This document shows positions 1 to 10,192 of a stretch of 64,000 nucleotides of DNA, piece by piece; positions within the stretch are counted from its first letter, which is position 1; every line of letters begins with the position of its first letter. The notes beneath the pieces were generated by a model that worked only from the letters and a program-made list of their open reading frames with translations, was not told the origin of the DNA and did not search any database. The position numbers were made by a program, and so were the translations under genes. The stretch is from Eukaryota sp. GEM-RC1 (lineage: Eukaryota), in contig JAUFOQ010000001.1 in assembly GCA_040285855.1 (NCBI GenBank), forward strand, positions 186,001 to 250,000, written 5' to 3'.

Positions 1-532
1 TCCATGTATTAAACTTGCTCGTCATTATATCGATATTCATCTTGGGCTCATTTGTTTTGACAATAGAGTTGAAGCAGATGATTTAGCTTCACTCTTGCAG
101 GCTTTAAAGTCAAATGTTCCTATTCAACGTGTTGAATGTCTTGGATTCGAAAGTCCAAGTTTAGAAGGACTTATTGCTCTATTTGAAATTCTTTCCATCA
201 ACAAGACAGTTATCGATGCTGATATTTCACCACATTCAATTGACGTTAACAATGGTTTGTTTTGTTTTTCACCTGAAAAACCTAGTCAAATATCTTATGA
301 AGAAGTTTCATCACTGCAAACTCTTTCGAAGCGTTTTAGTCTTACAGAGCTGACGTTTAAACAATGTCATTTTAAAGACGACACAATCACTATTATGAGT
401 GATTTCATCACAGGTAACAGTTCATTGACTTCTGTTGACTTCAATGATTGTGATTTGCCTGATATCATGACCCGTGTTTTTGACGAATATACATTTGTTC
501 AGTTTCAAAGGGGTGAATCTCAATCAAAATAG
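1..532 (+). CDS. 3' part of an LRR (RI-like) family protein; 5' end outside the window or frameshifted
   Basis: ORF 95-532 contains 'LQALKSNVPIQRVEC', 'LTELTFKQCHF' and 'GNSSLTSVDFNDCDL', matching the LxxNxxLxxLxL repeat style of the LRR gene at 24-25 kb. Confidence 0.55.
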   Translation, partial: PCIKLARHYIDIHLGLICFDNRVEADDLASLLQALKSNVPIQRVECLGFESPSLEGLIALFEILSINKTVIDADISPHSIDVNNGLFCFSPEKPSQISYEEVSSLQTLSKRFSLTELTFKQCHFKDDTITIMSDFITGNSSLTSVDFNDCDLPDIMTRVFDEYTFVQFQRGESQSK

Positions 533-857
533 AATTTACTGGAAGTTGATTAATTTGGAAATGATTGTACGTGGGTATATTACATAATCGTATCGACTAC
601 TTTTTCCCTATGTCTTTTGATTTCATGCATTAGGAGTATCAGATTGATATATGTGATTTATGTTTACTACTGGAACAATACACTAATAAATTTACTTTTC
701 TACATTGTCAGTGTAGATGTGCATTGACAAGACAACAAGTTGTAATGTTAAAAGCTTTTAAGGCAAATATCGTTGATTCAATATTTCAAACTTACTATTA
801 AGAAAATTAGTATAACAGTCAGGTAGGAAAATACATATTTAAATAACTATGATATTG

Positions 858-988
858 TAGAGCTGTCAAAGGGCTCGACTCAAGCCATAAGCCGATCGAC
901 TTGAGCCAAATCATATTCAAATTTGTCTTGGCTTACTCATGACTCAAGCCCAAGCCAAGCCATATGGCTGAAGCTGTTGACAGGTCTA
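858..988. mobile_element. Small decayed hAT-like MITE
   Basis: Ends TAGAGCTGTCAA / TTGACAGGTCTA (12-bp inverted repeat, 1 mismatch) with internal CAAGCC/GGCT subterminal-type motifs; no intact TSD. Confidence 0.45.
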
Positions 989-1029
989 TTGGTTAGTAAA
1001 TATTTCCTCATTATAATGTTTTTGTAACT

Positions 1030-1400
1030 ATAAACTCAATGATGTTGAGAGTATGCTTCAAATTTCAGTAATTCATCCATCTAGTCTATCACCACATTCT
1101 TAATCACACTGGTTTTTCCTTTTAAACGAACAACAAGTGTTGTTCGGTCCTTCTGCTGCAGACAAATTGTTTGTGGTCAATGTGGTGGCAGTGGATGATT
1201 GCAAAAATTCATTCATAAGGCATGTATATTCTGAAACTTACCCTTTAAGCATTTCTGAACAAGCCAAACAGGATAAGTACCAAAATACATTGATGGCTCT
1301 AGATCATGTCAAAGATGTTGAATATGATTTATGCTTTTTGATGTATCAATCTAAGTCTGTTTAGGAAAAACAGAGGATGAACAAATTTGTTATGATTGAA
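1030..1400 (+). pseudogene. Decayed 3' fragment of a non-LTR retrotransposon with restriction-like endonuclease (CRE/R2-type), copy 1
   Basis: Translation 'LFVVNVVAVD...SEQAKQDKY...HVKDVEYDLC' resembles the REL endonuclease (D)V...E..K..KY motif; stops and frameshifts follow. Confidence 0.5.
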
Positions 1401-1687
1401 TCCCACTGAAAAATCCATTTATCAAACAATTTCCCTAATGATCCCATAACTTTATAAGCTGTGAGTTCCTTTTGTTGTAACATTTGAGAGGGAGTGTTGT
1501 TTTTATGATATCAAATTTTTTATATATATGAGGTACAATATAATGGAACACAGTCGACTCAGACAAACTAGCACTCCAATATATTGTAATGTTATTGTGT
1601 ATTGTTTCAAAGAGCAATAAATAAATTGTTACGCAGTCCAACAACCATTAATAAATGAATAAATATGTATTTATTACAACAAACACA

Positions 1688-2025
1688 TACATGTAAAACA
1701 TGTTGATCACGAATTATGCCCTTTGCAGTTTCAATTTACGGACGTTTAGGAAAATTTACCTTGAATTTTTTAAACGATTTCGGAAAAATCGTAAAAAATA
1801 GAATGAACAAACGTTTTGATCATTGGTTATGGTTGAATCGGATCGTTTTTACTGTTTTTAAAACAGTTGCCCTAATCATCTCCAAAGCTTTATTAGCAGT
1901 GAGTTCCTTTTACGAGGACAAAGCTGTTGTAAGGTTTGATAGCGACGGGTGTTGTTTTAATGATATCAAATTTTAGTTGTTTGATCTACTGTATTACAAT
2001 AATAAAATGGTTTTTTTAAAAAAAC
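1688..2025 (+). pseudogene. 3' fragment of a REL-endonuclease non-LTR retrotransposon, copy 2
   Basis: 'HVKHVDHELC/PFAVSIYGRLGKFTLNFL...WLNRIVFTVFK' is typical of the CRE-like C-terminus; followed by AATAAA and a short A tract (~2001-2024). Confidence 0.55.
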
Positions 2026-2449
2026 ACAAATTAAATACAATTTATCCCACCCCTGAACTTTACAGTAAATCAACTTTCTTTTCTATGTACAATAACAACG
2101 CTATTAACATTCACAGAGGATTTACCTCATCCTCTTCATTATCTCATGTCAATCCAAATAGACATGTCAGATTCAAATTGAAAAATAGATGCAATTATGT
2201 CGGTTTGGTGGATTCTGACAAGCCAAACAACATTTTGACCTTCCGGCTTGAATTCAGCTTTTGGTCTCCCGAGATGTACAATGTAGAATCAAATTGTTTT
2301 TGGAGCCTAGTATACAAAACACTGGGCGTATTTGAACACGGTGTTGAGTGTGAACGTGTTCTGAACGTGTTGTAACTGGAAGAACACGTGTTTTAGTGTA
2401 CTAGAGAGATCTGATTATGATTTGTCCATGATGACACCGATTTTTTAAC

Positions 2450-4308
2450 ATGGAATGCTTCAGTTGTTGTGAATCTTTCAATATATCTGATCGACTTCCC
2501 CTGCTCATCTGCAGCGAAGGTCACACTACTTGTTCTGTATGCTCCGCTCAACTTATTAAATGTCCGCTTTGTGGAATCACATGTCTGAAGGAGAGAAAAG
2601 TGAACTTTGCACTGCAAGATATTGTCCAGGCTTCTCGTAATGGTGATCTATGTCCCCAAATTCCTTCCGACCAGATCATTGTTGGACAAAGAATTGATCA
2701 GGGAGGTTTCGCCATTGTGTACGCCGCTACATGGTTCGATCTCCCCGTTGCCGTCAAAATGGTGTCTCTAACTGAGAAAGGAAAGCTCAAACTTCAACAA
2801 GAACTGAATCTACTCATCAACCTCAACCATCCGTCCATACTTCGTGTCTTTGGCATCTCCTTCTTCCAAGATTCCATTGTTATTGTAATGGAAAGAGCTT
2901 CTTCTTCCCTCCCCCTCCCCAAACTCTCTCACATCATCCACTTTGAGACACGCCAAAGAGCTTTGTCAAGCTGTTAAGTTCCTACACCTAAAGTCAGTGG
3001 TTCACGGTGATCTAAAACCAGCAAACATTCTGCTTGTTGATGATCACATTAGAGTTGCCGATTTCGGAACCTCTAAGAACATCTCTGCAACAACTCTAGT
3101 TTCTAGTAGCCTGGCCATTTCTTATACTTACGCTGCTCCAGAACTATTTAGAAAAGTTCTTTCTCCTTTGAGTGATATTTATTCACTTGGTGTTTGTCTT
3201 TATGAATTATTTGAAAACCAGATTGCTTTTAGTGATGATGACCTTTTTCAATTGTCGATGCTAAACGTGGTGGTAAACCTTTGCCTTTTGGGAGAACAAC
3301 ACCCACGTGTTTAAAGGAATTAATTACGAAATGTTTGAACCCAGAGCCTTTATTACGACCAAAAATTAATGAAATAATTGAAATTTTGAATTGCATAGAG
3401 GTTCTGGAAGCTGTTGATGCTGAATGCAACCAATCACATTTGATGAAATCAGACGACTCCAATTTGAATGCTAGAGTTGAGCATCTTGTCGTGGACCAGT
3501 TTAAATTTGAACAAGAGAATAGAAAACTGGAGGAAAATATCGGCTTGTTAAAGAATGAAATTTTTCAATATGAACAAAAAAATCAAAATCTAAACAAGAG
3601 TTTTCAGAAAAAGAAGCAGATCTATATCGACAAATTTCTAGCTTTCGAGATGAAAACAAGTCTTTGAAAGAAGAAAACTCTGATTTATCTATGAAAGTAT
3701 TTGGTTTATCGTCAGAAATGCAGATGGTACAAGAAGAACTCTCAGGTTTTGTTCAAGAAAATTGTAAATTACAAACTGAAATAGAACAATTAAAATGGAC
3801 AGCCATAGAAAATCAAATCGTTTCTCAATCAAAAGTGATCAGATTCTCCCAAATTGGGAAACATTCTCAGTTACGAGTTAGTGAGGATAAAAAGAGAGTT
3901 GTTGTTGGAGGCGAAGATGGGATGCGGAATTTATTAGGAGAATATCCACTGCTTCCAGGTAATGTGTATACTTGGAAGTTGAGGTACCAGGGGAGTACTA
4001 GTGGTCTTTTTGTTGGAGTCATTGACGAGTCAAAGTTTACAGTTGGTGGAGATTGTTTTCATAATGCTCACTGTTTTCATAATGCTGGTACTGGTGTTTG
4101 TGATTGTCTCTCAGGAATCAAAACTCGGTGGAATCCTATTGAATTACTCGAAATCAATGCAAATCTAATTAATTACACCTTAACAATCAAATCTGTGAAT
4201 CATTCTAGAATTAATCTTAATGGAACTCTTCCCAGATTAAGTAGTGGGAATTATTATTTATTTGCTTTGTTATGTTTCAGTGATCATGAACTTGAAATCG
4301 TTAAATAA
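2450..4308 (+). CDS. RING finger - protein kinase (TKL-like) - coiled coil - SPRY/B30.2 protein, split by 3 probable sequencing frameshifts
   Basis: RING CxxC..CxxGHxxCxxC..CPLC; kinase motifs GGFAIV, VAVK, HGDLKPANIL, DFG, YAAPE, DIYSLG; E/K/Q-rich heptads; SPRY-like 'YTWKLRY..LFVGVID...LPRLSSGNYYLF'. ORFs 2450-2977, 2943-3314, 3281-3667 and 3664-4308 overlap end to end. Confidence 0.85.
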
Positions 4309-6849
4309 AATGGATAACATTGTCATTGTGAGCTTTCTTTTCCATTTTTAAGCAGTGATTCAAACTAATATATCAACTCTAAAACAATTTCGAGTCGAAG
4401 ACGTTTGCACATTTATCATGAACGACTTGTTATTAGTTGAGATTCAAATGTACATTTTGTTGCGTCTGATAATTGATTTAATGTATTTAGTCTGATTCAA
4501 AAACAAGTCTCATGTGGTTGAGGTCAGTTTCCCAAGAGTCTGCCATTCGACAGAAAGAAGCGTTACCCCCTCCAGTTATCACTCTCTGGAGATTCATCTA
4601 CATTGACAATGGCTGTAAGACGGACTACTTTGTAAGAGCTAAAAGTATTATTATTCAGTATAAAGTACAGTATATTCCTTTACTAGAACTTAGAAGAAAA
4701 GGCCCACAATCACCATCACAAAGAACAACTTCTTTTGATTTTAAAAAAGTGGATCGCCAAAACAGCGACACGATACTCAGGTCACAAACTAAAGAAACGG
4801 TTCCGAATCGACTTGAAATATATAAACATTGCTTGAAGATGGAAAATGGCCACATCATTACTCTCCAATCACTTTATTTAAAACACTTTCTCTTGAATCC
4901 TGTTTGCTTACTGTTTCAAAAGATGAAAGAAAGTTTTGTTCAGAAACACCAAGTTGTTCACAAATTATGGGGCTGAAACATGTGAAACATATGACTATTC
5001 TTTAATTAGTATGTTTTATACCTCACTTATTGTTTCAGATTCAAGTTGTTTCGTTTGTACCACGATTTCACGAATTACATCATTATGTATCTCACAACCA
5101 TATATTGTTGATGTATAGTTTTTAGAAATCGACAACAAGTTTATTAAAATAGAGCAAGAAAAACTAGTTGTTTATTCAGGTTTTCAAACTAGGGTCAAGC
5201 TGGAAATGTTTCTCTGTGGAGTCGAACTTGACTTGGATGAACAAGTCGGTTCAAGTCTACCAAATTATCAGCCCTAGACCTCTGCAGTGTTATACATTAA
5301 TCAACTTGCTGACTTAGAAGAGATTAAACACGCTGATATCTACATCTACCTCTAAATCATGCAACTATTTGTTAGTAACAAAGTGAATCCGGTCACTGTT
5401 AAATATTGCTTTGACGCTATGTCCTGATGATGTGCAATTGTTCACTCAACTCAATGATGCCCAAAGTTATTATATTCGGTTCATAATGACATGAACCCAA
5501 ATATATCCTACCTTGTATACTATTGCGGGTTGGTTCCTTTTATGTATCAACGAACAAATCCAATATTGGGATCATCAACAAGACTGAAATCTTTATGGTC
5601 TTATTGTACAGTAATTGTTTCCACCTCTGCTTTAGGACGACTCAACCAGGGTTTTAAAAATATATTACAATAATTTCTGTTTTGAACGATACTAGTTCAT
5701 GTATTGTTTTCCAATTACAGTGAAAATTGAACAGTAAATCAGTTGTTGTTGCGAAGAACAACATAACATCTTGTTGATCATGTGAAATTGGAAATGACTA
5801 ATATACTTGTGTTTCTCACAACGTATGAATATCCACTATCATCCTTTAAAGGGATTAGTTGTGGGCGATGTTCCCTCCTGACTCCGTTCAACGATAGTAT
5901 GCTAAACACAATGGTTGTTTTGATGGAACGACAAATTACAATAATGTGAGTTTTGCACACGTGAAACAGTTGTTTGTCAAGCGGGACCAGTATTATTCTC
6001 GGGAGATGTTTCTACAAAAATGATAGACGAGAGTCTAGAGAATGTGTGTCACTAAGAGAGTATTTGATTTACTGATTTTGGGTATTTGTGTAATTCTCCC
6101 ATTTACTTTCCATCTACACACAGATCACCTTGCAGAAGTTTAACCCTCAACGATAGCTGCAAGAGCAACACATATTAAATGTGGAGTTATCAACTACCAA
6201 TTCAGTAACGCTGCCTGGTATGGATTTCTCAGAATCCATGCGAACTACTGCATATGGCAACACGAGTACCACAGAGATTGTTTTTCAAGGTCGAAAGTTG
6301 GAAGGCGTGAAAAGGCTTCTGAACTCTCATTCCCTGAACGATTCCATTATGATTGTAGATAACTACTCACTACATGAACTTAAAACAGAGTTTCTAACTT
6401 TGACGATGTACATGATGATGATTGCTTGGAGTCCAGTAAACACAACAAGTGACACTAAATGAATCAATTATTGTCTCCGATTTAAAATTCTGATGCCATC
6501 ACTATTGTTGACGACTACCGATTGAGAACTCAGTTACATTGAACATTCTTCAAAGAACAACATTGACGTAAATATAGTAGAGTAAGACGAAAGCCAAAAG
6601 AAGAAAACTAGAAGTCCTATTGGTTTAGTGGAGAAAGACATTGCAGTGATTTACAAATATTTGGTTGTAGTTTGTGAGTACCGTAGTTTTTGATAATTGG
6701 GAAGGACACTGTGATCCATTACTCAAATCATACAAATTCTGAATAATTTGATGATTGGGATTGAATCACAAAGTCAAAGTACTCTTATTCGCAACTATGT
6801 TATACAGTCACATTAAAACAATTTACAGAAATTTGTACAATAAGCAATC

Positions 6850-8235
6850 CTAAGGCAAACACATTCCACCCCACTCCATAACACTATTGACTTATCCACT
6901 TAAAGCAAACTCGCCATCATAAGGATCCCTCATACAGCCATCAGTGACAGATCTATCAGTAGGCCTAAAAACAAGGAAATATCTATAGATTGGAACATTG
7001 GAAACTCCATTGATGACGATCTTAAGTCTGGCTATTTCCTGAATTAATTTGGGATTTACAAAACCTAGTTCAATATTGTACGAAGTCAACTTCTCCACAT
7101 GTGGTTGCCAATACGTAACCATTTCGGTAGCTTCTGGGATTTTAAACCCAAAAGCAAGCAAGTTTCGGTGTAGAACAAGCGCTGCTTGATTGCGTGGAAT
7201 AACTGTTGAATTTACAAACTGGTCAGCAAATACACTATATCCTTCAGAGCTCTCTGATTCCCAGAAGAGAGAAGCTACGGGAGGAAAATGAGTATGATGG
7301 ACGTGGCCATGCTGATCAACTCGGAGATTCTTCCACTCTACTGAATGAGAAGTTCCTTTATCAGGGTAAGGATATACATGGGTTAAGTGCCAAACATCGG
7401 AGTCAAGTATAAGCTCTACATGAACGTTCTCCCAGGTAGTTTCAAGTGGAGGTCTGAACACAATGATAGGTTTGCCTCCTTTCAGTCTTTGCAGTAGAAT
7501 CACTGTGGAACCTCTAAAAACTCCACACTCAGAAAGCGTCCTAAACTCTTCCAACTGTTTGCCAGCAAATATTAGTCTCTGCCGGTCAGGGAGGAATTCC
7601 TGTTTTTTCGTGAACTAGGTATTTACAGTCTTCTACTGTCATACTCGAGCATTTAGGATAAGATGGTTCCCAATAAGTTGCTTTACTCGGAAAGTCAGTT
7701 CTTCATCACCCAACAACTCATCTAACCACAACCAGCTCAAATGATACACCCCAAGATCTTCAAGATTTCCATTCCCTCGTAACATGCGGTCACTAGAACT
7801 GAGTTCTGGAGCTAGAATTCGTTGTTCCTCTGGATTTAGGTTAAATTCCTGAGATAAAAGTAACCTCAAATCTACCAGACAAGCGTTAATGTCCAATTTA
7901 AGACAGACAAACTTCCTAGTCGTCCAGTTTATAACAAACACTGTTTTCTTTCCATTCGTGGGTGAGGGGTTATATCTGAATAAACTGTAAGAGTTGCGCC
8001 ATGGTTTCAGTAGACATTGGTGGTCAGCAACGCACACGGCAGGAAAATATTGGTTAACATACACTTGTTCACATTGAGGGATTCCTGTTTGGGATTCCAC
8101 TAAGGGCTTGAGATCAGACAATTTTGATCGAGGAGCTACAACAAATTCCAGTGACGATCCATTTTCAAGACACAAGTTGACAGTAAACTCAACAAGTTCT
8201 CTGGATTCACAACAATATTGATCATATGATGTCAT
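6850..8235 (-). CDS. Three ubiquitin-like domains fused to a 'KPxIxxxP...LFWE...YW.P...EWGG' domain; frameshifted, one in-frame TAA near the 3' end
   Basis: 'TGIPQCEQ', 'LNPEEQRIL' and '[28 protein letters not shown]...LQRLKGG', followed by KPIIVFRPP...SLFWE...MVTYWQP; after TAA at 6892-6894 the frame continues [17 protein letters not shown] (6850). Confidence 0.75.
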
Positions 8236-8678
8236 TTTACGGATAATATAAAGAGGATGTAGAGATAAGGACAACTAATTGTGAACATGAGTTTTCATCT
8301 CTTTGACATTGAATTTCAATGTCATTTTCGCTTTAGTCAATAGAAACTATGTCACCATTCGGAACGAGCAGTACTCTCTTACCAAAACCATTAGTACCGA
8401 AAATTTGATTTGATGAAGATTCTATTGATTTTAACATGTCGTTCGAAATGTAGTTTGGACTTCTCTCCGTTTGTAGCACTCGTCCGATTATCTGTTGTGA
8501 TAGCAATCAACTCTTCTAATTTGTCAATTTCCAGTACTAGAGTGTTTTCTGTTGAAGTCTACTTCAGATGATTAAGGCAGGTTTTTTCAGGTTTTATGTA
8601 GTGAATATGCCCAAACACGAAGGATTGTTTATTATTGGAATTATTTCTCTAATAATTATAAATAGACACCGATTTAAC

Positions 8679-9589
8679 TAGAGATGGGAGCCGGCTCAAT
8701 TTAGTCGACTTAGCCGGCTAGCCGAGCCAGCCGACTGGTCCAGAATAGAAATATTTCCAGCTGCAAGCCGGCTGGCTAAAAATATTTTTAGCCGGCTCAA
8801 GCCGAATATTTAAAGTTCTCTGAAAACAGAGTTAATAAAGAACGAATAATGAATTTAGAAATCGAAAATAATCATTTACAGCGCTTATCAGAACAGTTAA
8901 GGGCTACTAATGTTTATCAACGTTCGAACAACAATAGAATTGGTGAATATAGTTGATATGTGCCGAATAATTGCCCTACTGTTTTTCTTGGGGGCACTAA
9001 TAATACATTCAATGCCTTATGTACATTGTCGCAGTGTCTATTTCTGACACTTTTTATGTCTATTACATCTTTTATTTCAATTTAAAATGGATGGAGACAG
9101 TAAAAAACCTGGAGTCTGTCAGAGATCTTCTGCCAACGACTTTGTTTCTTTAGAACTAATTAAGCTCCTTCTCAAAAATACTACTGTACTGTTTTCTTAT
9201 ATTATGCAGACAACCAATTCCATAGTAATGTTACCATTGTTCCACAGATTCAAATAGTTACTAACTGATCAACGTCAAATTTATAAGTGATAATCTCAAA
9301 AATATGTCACATGTAAAATCTGTGAAAACTGGAAAATGCTGATCAATGGTATCAGTATTGTGTCGTTCTGATACTCGGTGTAGTTGTCATTAACAATGGT
9401 TCTGTATTATTTTACTGATATATCAACCAACAAGTCAATAACACTTTTAAGCAGTCAGCCTAAATACTCGAAACAAAACTCGATGAGGCTGAGCCGGCTT
9501 GAGCCGGCTAAAATGTGTTATAAGCCGCAGCCGGTTGGCTAATGCCTGCGGCTGAGCCGTGATCAATTTTGTGCCGGCTCCCATCTATA
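8679..9589 (+). mobile_element. Non-autonomous (internally deleted) hAT element, same TIR family as 18565-21106
   Basis: TIRs TAGAGATGGGAGCCGGC / GCCGGCTCCCATCTATA; exact 8-bp TSD GATTTAAC (8671-8678, 9590-9597); AGCCGGCT subterminal repeats; remnant of the transposase 5' end at ~9125-9180. Confidence 0.93.
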
Positions 9590-9653
9590 GATTTAACGCA
9601 CCACAAAACGCACCATAAATTGATGTTTTTTGCGTTTTGTGGTGCGTTAAATC
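9590..9653. repeat. Perfect 23-bp inverted repeat (64-bp hairpin)
   Basis: GATTTAACGCACCACAAAACGCA (9590-9612) is the exact reverse complement of 9631-9653. Confidence 0.9.
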
Positions 9654-10192
9654 AGTTGCTAGAAAAATATTATATTTTATTGGTTATAAGCAGCTTTTGG
9701 CATTTGAAAATCTTCTTCATCATGGGCATTTATAGCTTCAATAGTTGGGGAGGACAAATCCGAAAGTTTTTCCAGAGTAATCCCATTGAATGCTAAAGTT
9801 AGTTCAGAAGAAAAATTATCAAGAAGGCTGTTACACTTCTCCAACTACTTGAACTTGAACTTGTCACGAGAAAAGGTTCCCGTGAACCAGTTACAGTCAT
9901 TGCACTGTTGTAGGGAGTGGGTGATTCTGGTGGAGACAGAGATAAAGTTGTTGATTACTTGACGAACGGTGGGGAGTTTGAGAGATCAATGACAGTTTCG
10001 AGGGAGAAAAAGCAACTTTGGTAAGGTGGAGAAGTCGGGCGACGAGGACAGCAGATTTGGTCATGTAGACATCATGATGATGTAGTTGCATTGAGTACGG
10101 TATCCTGTTTTCCTTTCTTGGTACGTTAAGACATACTCTTCTGTAAAGTCAGACCAATGCTGAAGTCATTGATGTTGGTGATCAACTAGATG

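Noticed and set aside
4512..6462. Short ORFs at 4.5-6.5 kb (also 17.5, 21.2-21.9, 26, 28-30 kb)
   Set aside because: No recognisable domains; probably decayed repeats or chance ORFs.
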